A DNA stretch of 64,000 bases from Nitrosopumilus sp. (lineage in GTDB: Archaea > Thermoproteota > Nitrososphaeria > Nitrososphaerales > Nitrosopumilaceae), in contig OZ243974.1 of NCBI GenBank assembly GCA_965214775.1, positions 2,048,001 to 2,112,000 on the forward strand, in the 5' to 3' direction. The notes beneath the pieces are model-generated. The model had not been told where the DNA came from and did no database searches. It saw nothing but the letters and a program-made list of their open reading frames with translations. Below are positions 31,627-41,485 of the stretch, piece by piece. How positions within the stretch are numbered: the stretch's first letter is position 1; the number at the start of each line of letters is the position of its first letter. The position numbers were made by a program, and so were the translations under genes.

Positions 31627-32265
31627 GGGGTTGTCGCCTAATTCACCTCAGGCTGCCTCCACCGGCACGCCAATCCTTGCGGCACACTCCATCCTGTTTA
31701 GCACCTCAAGGTTCCATCCTATGGCCTTGCACAGACCGAACCTCCTGCGGGTGGCCGCCTTTCTGAACCGGCACGTCAGCCTGTTGCCTTCTGTCTCCTC
31801 TGCGCCGAAGATGCCCTCGATCAGCGCGCGCTTCTTGTAGGCCTCGGCGTCAAACATCTCGACTGCCTTTTTCCTGTACTTTGTTTTGGCGTTGACCGCG
31901 TTTGACCTCTGCTTGATGTTGGGCTTCATTCCGTATTCCATGACGAGCCTTACGTTCTTCTCCGAGTCATACCCCTTGTCTGCATTAAAGATGCTGCCGG
32001 AGAATCCGATGCCGATCCCCTTGATCCCCCTGAGGAGATCTTCCAGGACGGTGGTGTCTGCCATCCTGTCTGATGTGATGCAGCAGGCCAGTATGACCTG
32101 CAGGCCCGAGACTGCTGCCACGTGCCATTTGATGGGGGTTGTCGCCTAATTCATCAGAATTCCTGAAAACCATTGAGATACCATGTGGATCAGGCGTACA
32201 AAAAGGGCAGAAATTCAGAAAAGCGTGCAGATTGAGCCAAACAAGTGGAATTAGGCGACAACCTC
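31627..32265 (-). mobile_element. Truncated IS5-family element (transposase C-terminus 31648-32130) plus a cognate MITE at 32135-32265
   Basis: ADKGYDS and YKKRALIEGIFG motifs. TIR GGGGTTGTCGCCTAATTC at 31627 and 32135, with an inverted copy ending at 32265. Confidence 0.8.
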
Positions 32266-32413
32266 ATTATTACGAACAAATTGTACAATATCATGTCCTC
32301 CGTAAAATGAGGCGTGAACAGGAAATTTGGATGAATGTTTTGCGCCTAGAAAGTGGAGGATCTGATGTTGTACAACAAATTCATCTCATTCAGCTCAGTT
32401 ACGCATAAAGTCT
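32266..32413. mobile_element. Remnant ISL2 type-2 MITE abutting the 3' end of tRNA-Glu
   Basis: Ends TTACGCATAAAGTCT; shares TTATTACGAAC with the MITE at 15607. Confidence 0.7.
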
Positions 32414-32415
32414 AG

Positions 32416-32490
32416 TGCTCCCATCGGGATTTGAACCCGAGTCACTGCCTTGAGAGGGCAGTATGCTTAACCGGACTACACTATAGGAGC
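32416..32490 (-). tRNA. tRNA-Glu(CTC)
   Basis: Acceptor stem GCTCCTA/TGGGAGC, anticodon arm CTGCC-CTCTCAA-GGCAG, T-loop GGTTCAAATCC. Confidence 0.97.
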
Positions 32491-32592
32491 CTGATACAAA
32501 ACAACTTTATTCTCAATTTAAAGGAAATGTTTCAACTTTGGATGAATTGGTAAACTTTTGTGAGTTGGTTACTTTATAGAAAATTCCAGCCA

Positions 32593-33510
32593 ATGACTCG
32601 TATGGATTTCTCACAAGTCATCAAGGATCAAAATCTTTCTGATTTTCCAATAGGGATGGGGGGATGCAGAACAACCGACTTTTGTTTTGATTCCTGCGCT
32701 TTTGACTTGGTGGTCTTTGATGAAAAGTCAGAGCAAAGCCAATTGATAGAACACGACGGAAATTTGATTGTACTTTACCATGCGTCACTGTCTGAAAAAA
32801 GTTCCAAACTCCTTCTCCAGTATGACAATCTTCAGATAATCCAGGACGATTCATGGGAATTGAGAATGCTACTGTCAAAAATCAAGGAAAGACGGCAGCA
32901 ATTATTTTCTGATTTTGCAAAAAACTGTCTGATTGAGTCTCTGTTCTGCTGTCAAAAAACCAGGGATGCCGTTTGCAGCTCTGATGTTTTTGCACCATGC
33001 TGGCAAAAATGCTCCTCATATTTTCTAACTGATGCAATCTCTGCATTAAACCAGATTCGCTCCAGTCCCTCTCACATGCTTGATGCATTAAGAAGACTGG
33101 AAAAAAATCCAATCAATGATCACATTTCTGTTGGCACTCAAACTATTGGAATTGAGCGTGCCGCACCCACTCTTCTTGAACGGATGGTAAAATCCACAAT
33201 CGGTTTTTCTGATACTCTGACTGCCACGTCTTCACTCTCTGACCTGATTAGAAGAAAGCACGATTATTTTGTTTCAAATTCAATGCTTGCAGACTGTTAT
33301 TTCTATCTGGGATGTCTAAACAGAGATAATTTCATCAGGATAAAGGACAGATTGAATCAGGAGCAAGACCTGTTTCATATACTAAAGATCGCTTTTGACG
33401 TGGAGGCTGACTCAAATAACTTGCTTCTGCAATCCGAATCTGTAAAAAATTCGGCAAGTTCCATTCTGGAAATTATTTCCGGCCGGCGATCTTCTAATTC
33501 CATGTACTAA
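32593..33510 (+). CDS. Conserved hypothetical protein (possibly a degenerate nucleotidyltransferase fold)
   Basis: Long ORF; GGC..D..FDLVVF at the N-terminus. Confidence 0.7.
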   Translation: MTRMDFSQVIKDQNLSDFPIGMGGCRTTDFCFDSCAFDLVVFDEKSEQSQLIEHDGNLIVLYHASLSEKSSKLLLQYDNLQIIQDDSWELRMLLSKIKERRQQLFSDFAKNCLIESLFCCQKTRDAVCSSDVFAPCWQKCSSYFLTDAISALNQIRSSPSHMLDALRRLEKNPINDHISVGTQTIGIERAAPTLLERMVKSTIGFSDTLTATSSLSDLIRRKHDYFVSNSMLADCYFYLGCLNRDNFIRIKDRLNQEQDLFHILKIAFDVEADSNNLLLQSESVKNSASSILEIISGRRSSNSMY

Positions 33511-33542
33511 CCTTTTAAAACAAGTACTGTCTGTTGTATGTT

Positions 33543-33677
33543 ATGTCAGACGCAGCATGTGGTTGTGCAGCACAAGCCGAAAACGGCACTGAATGTGACT
33601 GTGCAATGCAAAGTGAGTGTTACTGTGACTCTACATGTGATTGTAAAGCAGATCTTTGTAAAAACGCAGAACATTAA
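33543..33677 (+). CDS. 44-aa Cys-rich metallothionein-like protein (not in the ORF track)
   Basis: MSDAACGCAAQAENGTECDCAMQSECYCDSTCDCKADLCKNAEH. TATA-like TTTTAAA at about 33513 and a T-rich tract after the stop. Confidence 0.75.
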   Translation: MSDAACGCAAQAENGTECDCAMQSECYCDSTCDCKADLCKNAEH

Positions 33678-33710
33678 AGAAAAAACAAAACTTTTTCTTT
33701 TCTTTTTTAA

Positions 33711-33878
33711 CTATTCCTCTTCCTCTTCCATGCCCCATGACTTGACTAGTTCTTTTTGGAACTTGTCTGCCTGCTTTTCATCAAGAGCAAAACCGCAATC
33801 TTTGCATGTGGGAACCACTGTCATTCCGTCAAGTTTGAACTCGACTCCATACAGGTGAATTTTTGAGCATTCGCACAT
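33711..33878 (-). CDS. 55-aa small zinc-ribbon-like protein (not in the ORF track)
   Basis: MCECSKIHLYGVEFKLDGMTVVPTCKDCGFAL...; AGGAGG ribosome-binding site upstream. Confidence 0.75.
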   Translation of the reverse strand: MCECSKIHLYGVEFKLDGMTVVPTCKDCGFALDEKQADKFQKELVKSWGMEEEEE

Positions 33879-33978
33879 GTCTAAACCTCCTCTAAATTTT
33901 CTTCTATATTTGCCTATTTGAAAAGATCTCGTGCTTTTTCATTTTTTACATGTTTGAATAACGTTTAACTATCTGTTT

Positions 33979-35487
33979 TTGCAATTTTTTATAGATTTGA
34001 AGGGAATTTTTCTTGCTTTGTCCGTGGTTGCCACCTTGCTTCTGGGTTCTTTGATGATGCCTTTGGCATTTGCTCAATTTCAACAGGGAGGCGTAGACAA
34101 AGAAGGAAGCTGGTATTCAGGAGAAGGTCTCAAACATGGTGATTATTTCTCATACCAACTCTGTCATTTTGATTACAAAGAATGTCTAGAATTTGAAATG
34201 GATTTGTGGATTAAAGGCGATAAGCAAGTTGGAAATGAAACCAAATGGCTTGCAGAGGCCGTAGTTTATGATGGCAGAAAAGTCATTGTCGGCGAATTGG
34301 AATTAGGAAAGATTGACGCAAAGCCAACAAGAGGCAGTAAAGAATTAGACGTTTATCGTGATGCTTTCGGATCTTCTGTTGCCTGGTTGTCCGCATTTGC
34401 CGTATCCACTGATTTGTCTGGAGGAAAAGGACCAAAGGAATTTACTGCAACGTCTTGGGGCAAGATTGGAAACATTGGTGGAGAGCAAGTATCACCTCAA
34501 AAAATTGAAACTATTACGGTTCCGGCAGGAACTTGGGAGACTGTCCAAATCGGTTGGAAGACAGGAGGCGCTTCAAGCAAAGTTTGGGTTGTAGATGATT
34601 TCCCATTTCCAGTCAAGGCTGAAACCTTCATCCATGTTTCAGAAGGAATTCCCCCTATAGCGTATGAATTTACATTATTGGAATATAGAGAAAACATCAA
34701 AACAAGTCCGTTTGTGGGAATTGAATCTACAGTAGATCCATTTGAAGCACAAGGATGCGACACAAACATTGAAAAAGAGGTCACAATTAAAAAATCCACA
34801 ACCAATTTCAAATATCAACTTAACTTGTTTTACGGGCCTGAAGATCCAGTACAGCACTGTGAAATGCACTGGCTGATTAACTTCATCAACATTTATGATG
34901 ACACTGAATTTCTAAATCAGGTACAGTTTGACTTTCTGGTTGTAGATGATGATCTAAAACAGATCAGATCAATTGCCCATGAGGAAGGCGTATCGAACCT
35001 CTATTCTCCTTCCGGACAGTATCCTCTTGATATGGTAGTCAAAGAGGACCCTGGAACTGCAAACTATGTGGTGTGGGTTCATGGTTTGGCTCGTGAAGGA
35101 ATTGCTCCATCAACTCCTGCTGATTACCTGGTAATTCCTGTGACTATTTTTGAAGGCAAAGGCGGAAGTGCGTCTGATCAGTCAACCTCCGGCTCTGTGA
35201 CTCCGCCACCTTCTCCTGCAATCCCTGACTGGATCAAGACCAACGCCGGCTGGTGGGCAGACGGATCAATTGATGATGATTCCTTTGTTCAGGGCATCCA
35301 GTTCCTGATCAAGGAGGGAATCCTGGAAATTCCGCCTACTACACAGGGTTCTGGTGCCGGCTCTGATGCAATCCCTGACTGGATCAAGACCAACGCCGGC
35401 TGGTGGGCAGACGGATCAATTGATGATGATTCCTTTGTTCAGGGCATCCAGTTCCTGATCAAGGAGGGAATCATGAACATTTCCTAA
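33979..35487 (+). CDS. Secreted protein with a duplicated thaumarchaeal C-terminal IPDWIKTNAGWW domain
   Basis: Signal-peptide-like N-terminus; two copies of the C-terminal domain. Confidence 0.85.
   Translation: MQFFIDLKGIFLALSVVATLLLGSLMMPLAFAQFQQGGVDKEGSWYSGEGLKHGDYFSYQLCHFDYKECLEFEMDLWIKGDKQVGNETKWLAEAVVYDGRKVIVGELELGKIDAKPTRGSKELDVYRDAFGSSVAWLSAFAVSTDLSGGKGPKEFTATSWGKIGNIGGEQVSPQKIETITVPAGTWETVQIGWKTGGASSKVWVVDDFPFPVKAETFIHVSEGIPPIAYEFTLLEYRENIKTSPFVGIESTVDPFEAQGCDTNIEKEVTIKKSTTNFKYQLNLFYGPEDPVQHCEMHWLINFINIYDDTEFLNQVQFDFLVVDDDLKQIRSIAHEEGVSNLYSPSGQYPLDMVVKEDPGTANYVVWVHGLAREGIAPSTPADYLVIPVTIFEGKGGSASDQSTSGSVTPPPSPAIPDWIKTNAGWWADGSIDDDSFVQGIQFLIKEGILEIPPTTQGSGAGSDAIPDWIKTNAGWWADGSIDDDSFVQGIQFLIKEGIMNIS
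35217..35472 (+). repeat. Two identical 106-bp direct repeats (35217-35322 and 35367-35472)
   Basis: Read directly from the sequence. Confidence 0.9.
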
Positions 35488-35533
35488 AAAACGCCCTACA
35501 TTCAAATTGTCTTGATTTTAAAAAATACCGTGT

Positions 35534-35899
35534 ATGGAAATGGCCGGATTCACTCTCTATCCAAAGCGCAAGATGAAAAAGCTTCTCAAAGACGGGGAGT
35601 ATGACAAGGCCATTGAATTTGGAAAAAGTTTGGAGGAGAAGTTTGCCCAAGACCATGATTTCATGTTTATCATGGGAAGCGCATTTTTTATTGTAGATGA
35701 CGCAAAAAGGGCCCTTCCCTACTTTGAGAAGGCGTTTGAACTTGACAAAAAAGACGTCGAAACATTGACCCTGAAAACTAACGTTCATCTTGCCTTGCAA
35801 CAAAAAGAAGAGGCAATTGACTGCATAAACCGAATCTTGGAGATCCAGCCAAAAAACGATGAGGCGTTGGATCTCTTGGAGAAATTAAGCAAAGCCTAG
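35534..35899 (+). CDS. TPR-repeat protein
   Basis: A..YFEKAFELD and EAIDCINRILEIQP TPR-like helices. Confidence 0.8.
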   Translation: MEMAGFTLYPKRKMKKLLKDGEYDKAIEFGKSLEEKFAQDHDFMFIMGSAFFIVDDAKRALPYFEKAFELDKKDVETLTLKTNVHLALQQKEEAIDCINRILEIQPKNDEALDLLEKLSKA

Positions 35900-36411
35900 G
35901 ATTCTTGCCTTCCCATCTGATATGCATTCTCCATTAGCCAGTCACAAAACTTTGTGACCTTTTCATCAAATTCTGTCCAGATGTGTAAGGAATGGGGTAA
36001 AATATCGATCTTCCACTTGTCTGTAAACACCCTGACTCCCTCCTTGTCCTCGTACATGTAGGCGTCTTCTGTTTTGACATCTCCGAGAATCTCTGCTGCC
36101 TTGTCTTTGATTAGCTGCCTGTCAATCGGAAATCTCTTTTTCTCCTGGTCAACAATCAAACTCAGGTCCCTTTTTCCATACATGTCAAACTCTTCGATCC
36201 TTCCCTCCTTTGGAAAATTTACCACCAGCTTTATGTTGTATCTTTTGCCTACCTCCTTTCCGATTTCGACAATTTTGGCATATCCCATGGCGGGATTTTT
36301 CTTTAGCATGAATCGAATCTGTGCCAAGTCACGCTTGAGCTGGCTTTGAAGATCCGTGATTAACTCAGCAAATATCATGCTTTGTGTCTTGAGAATTCCC
36401 ATTATAATCAT
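35896..36411 (-). CDS. Conserved hypothetical protein
   Basis: ORF with protein-like composition. Confidence 0.75.
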   Translation of the reverse strand: MIIMGILKTQSMIFAELITDLQSQLKRDLAQIRFMLKKNPAMGYAKIVEIGKEVGKRYNIKLVVNFPKEGRIEEFDMYGKRDLSLIVDQEKKRFPIDRQLIKDKAAEILGDVKTEDAYMYEDKEGVRVFTDKWKIDILPHSLHIWTEFDEKVTKFCDWLMENAYQMGRQES

Positions 36412-36456
36412 AATCCCTCAAGATTGGTTTTTTTAGAACCTGTCTGGAATTTCTGT

Positions 36457-37101
36457 ATGGCAATGCCGATGGACTTTGACGGTATGCGAACAGATGATGC
36501 CTCGGAGAGAACCGATGATCCTGCCGAATACAAGCGCACATGCATTGACTTTATTGAGGATATATCTCATGATTATGAGGCCTGGGTGGACTATTACAGG
36601 CTGCCTGAAGATGAGGATAAACGCCGTCGTGCAGGAATTCGTGCAACAATTACCAGAACCAATGAATGGATTGCAAAGGTTGCACAATCCATCAAGGCAA
36701 TTGACGTTACCATGAATGACGGAATTCAAAAGATGGCCGAATCAACTGCTGGAAAACCAATGCAAATTGGTGTCTTTGTCAATCACCAGTCAAGTTACAC
36801 CGAATCAAAGCCTGGAGTAATTGATGTCAATGTAAAGGCAAGCGGGAGGAAAGGAAGGAGGATGAAACTTGGATTCCATTTCAAGGATGACCGCTTTAGA
36901 ATTGAATCTACATGCGGTGCATACATGGACCAGACAGATCTTCCCGATGATGAGTTTGACTTGATGGATATCCATCTCAAGCTTCATGCAGAAAAAGCAC
37001 ATCGGCGAGACGTGATCTCATTTACGGTCACTGTCTTTGAAATGGAAGATCATGTGGAAGTTGACAAGCGTGGGGTCTCGACAATAATTCACATAGTGTG
37101 A
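36457..37101 (+). CDS. Hypothetical protein
   Basis: Long ORF divergent from the previous gene. Start codon uncertain. Confidence 0.7.
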   Translation: MAMPMDFDGMRTDDASERTDDPAEYKRTCIDFIEDISHDYEAWVDYYRLPEDEDKRRRAGIRATITRTNEWIAKVAQSIKAIDVTMNDGIQKMAESTAGKPMQIGVFVNHQSSYTESKPGVIDVNVKASGRKGRRMKLGFHFKDDRFRIESTCGAYMDQTDLPDDEFDLMDIHLKLHAEKAHRRDVISFTVTVFEMEDHVEVDKRGVSTIIHIV

Positions 37102-37117
37102 CTGTCTGACAACCCCC

Positions 37118-39361
37118 TTATCTCATATATTCGATGAGCTTGCCGGTATTTTCTAACTTGACTGCGTTGACTTTCTCAAGATTCTCAAACGAATTCATTT
37201 TGAGGTATCTTTCTGATACGGTATACAACACATCGCCGATGTAAAACGTTCTGGCACTGTCCATTTTGTAATGTCTTGAATTTCCATCAGAATGAGTGAC
37301 AGTCCCTTTCAAATCAAAGCCCGACTTGCCATCAAGATCAAATACGTAGAATCCGCCCCATCTGCCGTGTTCTGTCGCAATCGTTCTGGGACTGGATGCT
37401 CCGTCAAGATTGTCTGCGTCTCCTGTAATCGGAATGGATAAAACACCTCTGGCCTTGTCAAAGAAAAACGCCTTGTGGTTGTGCAGTGCCTCTGAATGCG
37501 TTGATCTGTCGCCAATAATGACGTCGTCGGCTACAACTGGATTGCTGACATCTGCAACGTTGAACAGCGCAATTTTGACTCCCAGTTGTCGTACTGCGTT
37601 GCCTCCGACTACCTCGGTATCCCTTCCGACCCCGATGATGTGTTGCTCATCATATGGATGTAAATAGTTTGAAAATCCCGGAATCTTCAGCTCTCCGAGA
37701 ATTTCAGGCGTGTCCGTGGACAAATCTATCACAAAAAACGGGTCGATCTGCTGGAATGTTACCATGTACAGCCTGTCATCGATGAATCTGGCAGAAAAGA
37801 TGCTCTCATCAGGGGCAATCTGGTCTAATCCCCCCACAATGTCCAGATTTTCATCAAGAACGTATACTGCATTTGAGCGAACTGTTCCTTTGTGCTGGAT
37901 ATGGGTTTCAGTTGTCGTGGCAACTCTGAGCCTGTCGTCATTCTCATCCATCGAAAATTGGTTTAGCAGCGTTCCTGGAACTGAACCTTTTGCAACGTAC
38001 TTGATTTTTTCCTCATCGATTGCAATCTTATGAATGACTGTCCTTCTAACGTCTTCTTGAATTCTAGCGTCATACTCGATTAATGCCCCTTTGATTTCTT
38101 CAAAGAGGTTGTCTTTTTGGTCTCTGCTCATTTGATTGTAAGAGTTTTGCATTGCTTCAGAAATCACTGACCATTGTTGGGCAGAACTCAATGAGGGATC
38201 ATTTTGAATGGATTTGATTTCATCCTGAACATCTGTTGGCAGTAACGGAACTATCGCATCAAAGAACCTGTCTCTGGAAGAAGAGCCCTCATGAAATCCA
38301 AATGGCAGGTATTTTTGATACGTCAAATAGAAATTGTTCTCAGACACGTAAAACGTTCCGGTATCTCCCATGAGAAATGTCTCCGAGTTTATGGTGTCTC
38401 CAAAGATGTCAATTGCAGTTAGCGTGTTAAACCTCGAAAATTCCTCGCTACCCTCAAAGTAAAACGCCTCAGGCGTCATTATTGGAATTGAATCCTCCAT
38501 GATTACTGGGAATCTCGGATACTGATCGTCGACGTAGCTATCTGTAACAAAGTAAGCATAATTCCCGATCATTCTTGCATCCATAAAGTGGCCATCAATG
38601 GAATAATCCTTGAGAATTGAGGGATTTTCTCTATCGGATACGTCGATAATTAGTGCGTGGGTAACTGGATCATATGACTGTCTTGGAACAAAGTCATACT
38701 CTGGAATAACTTCCCTGTCAATTTGTCCGTTATAGAAAATTACCAGCCTGTCCTCGTTTAGGAACATGTTCTGGATGTATTGGTGTTCGACGTCTAATGC
38801 AATCTTTAGAATCAGACTTGCGTCTTCGGCCGGATACGCATCAATTATTGAAAGCGTGTTTCTTGATACAATGTAAACGTATTTTCCGTCGTTTTTTAGA
38901 TAGTCTGGCTCATCTACGCTTTCTTCTTGAATGTTTGTAGTCGAATAGTCACTGGCGCCTGCTTGCAGTCTTGGCTCTGACGCTACGGCCACTTCTGGCG
39001 TTGTAATTGCCTGCGGAACTGCATCTGGAACTGCATCTGGAAATGCAGCAGGCTGACGCTGCAATGGCATTTCTAGAGGAGACGCATTCATTCTGTCTCT
39101 CTTTTCGTAAAAATTTTCTCCAAGCAGTGCAGAGGCCTGAAGTAATTCGGCCAGTTCTTCCTGGGATGAGATTTTCTTTATTTCGTTTGTTCCTTTTAGA
39201 ATGTATGAGGCTGTCTTTTCGACATGAACATCTTTTTCTTCTGTTTGTGGCACTTGAGTGATCTGAACTGCCTCTTGCTCAAATCCTGCAGAATACATGA
39301 TTCCAGCTGTAACTATGACCGAAATGACAACTGCTATTGGGACTGTCGTTTTTGAATTCAT
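37118..39361 (-). CDS. Secreted beta-propeller domain protein (Beta_propel family)
   Basis: YSTTNIQ..VDEPD, LLNQFSMDE, GELKIPGFSNYLHP and HKAF motifs. Confidence 0.9.
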   Translation of the reverse strand: MNSKTTVPIAVVISVIVTAGIMYSAGFEQEAVQITQVPQTEEKDVHVEKTASYILKGTNEIKKISSQEELAELLQASALLGENFYEKRDRMNASPLEMPLQRQPAAFPDAVPDAVPQAITTPEVAVASEPRLQAGASDYSTTNIQEESVDEPDYLKNDGKYVYIVSRNTLSIIDAYPAEDASLILKIALDVEHQYIQNMFLNEDRLVIFYNGQIDREVIPEYDFVPRQSYDPVTHALIIDVSDRENPSILKDYSIDGHFMDARMIGNYAYFVTDSYVDDQYPRFPVIMEDSIPIMTPEAFYFEGSEEFSRFNTLTAIDIFGDTINSETFLMGDTGTFYVSENNFYLTYQKYLPFGFHEGSSSRDRFFDAIVPLLPTDVQDEIKSIQNDPSLSSAQQWSVISEAMQNSYNQMSRDQKDNLFEEIKGALIEYDARIQEDVRRTVIHKIAIDEEKIKYVAKGSVPGTLLNQFSMDENDDRLRVATTTETHIQHKGTVRSNAVYVLDENLDIVGGLDQIAPDESIFSARFIDDRLYMVTFQQIDPFFVIDLSTDTPEILGELKIPGFSNYLHPYDEQHIIGVGRDTEVVGGNAVRQLGVKIALFNVADVSNPVVADDVIIGDRSTHSEALHNHKAFFFDKARGVLSIPITGDADNLDGASSPRTIATEHGRWGGFYVFDLDGKSGFDLKGTVTHSDGNSRHYKMDSARTFYIGDVLYTVSERYLKMNSFENLEKVNAVKLENTGKLIEYMR

Positions 39362-39507
39362 TTTTTACTTCACTCCGAATGCCTTCGTCTTTGAAAGCTA
39401 TCGTTTAGTGATTGCTACTGTTATTTGGCAGCTGGGAATAAAAGGTTTGATTAAATTTCATTTTTACCAAACAGTTTACATATCCATGATTTACAGTAAC
39501 ATCTCTG

Positions 39508-40395
39508 ATGTCTGCAGACGAAAATCCCGACGAGCTAACCGAAAAAATAAAAATCCTTGCAACTGACGATGAAAAAATAAAGTCCTTTGGGGAGCTCCTC
39601 ACCAATGATTCCAGCCGTGAAATCCTTCAGTTATTGTTCAATGAAGAGTTGACTGCGACGCAAATTTCCCAAAAAACCGAGACCTCGCTTCAGCTGGTAA
39701 AGTATCACTTGAACAAACTTCAAGATCTTGGCGTCGTTAAAATTTCCAAGATTGAAAAAAACTCAAAATCCCAAGACATGAAATTCTATACTGCCTCCAA
39801 ATTCAGCATTGTCATTGTTCCCCCAAAACTCTCAGAAAAGACTAGGGAAAGCAAACTGTTGGTTCGTTCGTTCCGTCATATCTACAAAGTGGCAGGACTG
39901 GGTATTGCAACAGGAATATCTGGGCTGCTTTCTGCCTTCCAGCTAAATAAACCGCAACAAATTGCAATGGATGATTCGGGCCAATCTGCAGGCGAGCCTT
40001 CTGAAAAACAGCTCCTGTTATCTGAACCCACTACTGCAGAATCCGGCGATCTGCCTGCAGCTCCTGAACCTGTTGCAGAATCCGGCGATCTGCCTGCAGC
40101 TCCTGAACCTGTTGCAGAATCCGGCGATCTGCCTGCAGCTCCTGAACCTGTTGCAGAATCCGGCGATCTGCCTGCAGCTCCTGAACCTGTTGCAGAATCA
40201 ATCCTGGAAGCTCAACCTGCAGCAGTCCTTGATGACTCGATTCAAACGGATGAAGTTGAAAATTTTGCAAGTGAAGAGACAATACAGGCGACCTTGTCCT
40301 CAAGTTCTGATCTGTTTTTACCTTTGATAATAATCACTGCAATTTTGGGAGGACTGACAATTTTCCATCTTGTGACATATTTTAAAAAACAGTAA
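39508..40395 (+). CDS. ArsR-like winged-helix regulator with a membrane-anchored C-terminal part
   Basis: SREILQLL..LTATQIS..LVKYHLNKL; two hydrophobic segments. Confidence 0.85.
   Translation: MSADENPDELTEKIKILATDDEKIKSFGELLTNDSSREILQLLFNEELTATQISQKTETSLQLVKYHLNKLQDLGVVKISKIEKNSKSQDMKFYTASKFSIVIVPPKLSEKTRESKLLVRSFRHIYKVAGLGIATGISGLLSAFQLNKPQQIAMDDSGQSAGEPSEKQLLLSEPTTAESGDLPAAPEPVAESGDLPAAPEPVAESGDLPAAPEPVAESGDLPAAPEPVAESILEAQPAAVLDDSIQTDEVENFASEETIQATLSSSSDLFLPLIIITAILGGLTIFHLVTYFKKQ
40035..40199 (+). repeat. 39-bp perfect tandem repeat x4 (AESGDLPAAPEPV)
   Basis: Read directly from the sequence. Confidence 0.97.
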
Positions 40396-40404
40396 CAATG
40401 GCAA

Positions 40405-40731
40405 TCATTCTTCTTCTTTTATTGTGATTTCTATTGTGACCCTCTTTTCTTTTGCCCTTTCCTCGCCGGGATATTTCAACTCTGAAATTCTTTTATTCAG
40501 TTCTTCATCTGTGATTTGTCTGGCCGTGCCAGAATATGCCTGGCCATCATACTCTATTCTGACTGCGGGATTTTTTATCGCGTTTTTGAACCAGTCTCCG
40601 TCTGGCCTGTGCCTTGAAACGTAAATCTTTCCGTTATGGATTACTGCCCTCAATTTTACGGAATGGGGCCTTCCTGAAACCCTTCCCTTTGTAGTTAGGA
40701 TTGGCCCGAAGATCTTTTCTTTGATTTTCAT
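40405..40731 (-). CDS. Split-barrel flavin/F420-binding protein (DDN/PNPOx-like)
   Basis: LTTKGRVSG..DWFKNA..NP.V motif. Confidence 0.8.
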   Translation of the reverse strand: MKIKEKIFGPILTTKGRVSGRPHSVKLRAVIHNGKIYVSRHRPDGDWFKNAIKNPAVRIEYDGQAYSGTARQITDEELNKRISELKYPGEERAKEKRVTIEITIKEEE

Positions 40732-40824
40732 GCGCGGTTTCCTCTCTTTCTGTCAAGTAATTTAACCCCATTGATAGTAAATTCTGATATCTGCTATGAT
40801 AAGCAAATCTGATGATCTGTGGCC

Positions 40825-41277
40825 ATGTCCACAAAGCTAGAAGGGATGCCCGCCAATTTGGCCACCGCTGACACATTTGCCGGAAAAAAGGTAATTGACA
40901 GAGAAGGAATTGAGTATGGCAAAGTCAAACACATCCATATCAATCAGGACACATTAGCAGTTTCTGGCGTTACAATCCATCAGGGGTTTAGAAGGGACTA
41001 CTTTCTTTCAGAAGACTATATAGACAGATTCTCTGCAAAGACATTACTTCTCAGCAGACCTCCCGTAAGAATTGGCATCCAGGTAACTGATATTGATCGC
41101 CACAAAATTGGAAAGGTAAAACGAATACACAGACATCCTGACACAAATGAAATCGAATCCATTGAAGTCCGTGACGGTCTGCTAAATTCTAAGATTCTGT
41201 CCAGATCAGAAATTTGGGGCGTCGGGGAAAAAGTCATTTTAAGAATGACTAGGGAAGAATTCAAGAACATTGAATGA
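40825..41277 (+). CDS. Tandem PRC-barrel protein
   Basis: GKKVIDREG..GKV repeated twice. Confidence 0.8.
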   Translation: MSTKLEGMPANLATADTFAGKKVIDREGIEYGKVKHIHINQDTLAVSGVTIHQGFRRDYFLSEDYIDRFSAKTLLLSRPPVRIGIQVTDIDRHKIGKVKRIHRHPDTNEIESIEVRDGLLNSKILSRSEIWGVGEKVILRMTREEFKNIE

Positions 41278-41485
41278 TTTCTTTTAACTTCTTTTTTTTC
41301 AAATAGCCCTTACTCTGGTTTTTTAGCACACACTTCACATACTGGGATTCCCTCTACTACTGAAATTTCGATATTTGAAGAGTGGCATTTCTGACAAAGT
41401 CCTTTCATCGGGAAAATTTTCATTCCAGCCCTTAAATTTTTTATGCGGATCGACTGAAGCAACAACAATAACTAGCAATTTATAA

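Noticed and set aside
40035-40199. 39-bp repeats as a CRISPR array
   Set aside because: Head-to-tail with no spacers, and in frame within a CDS.
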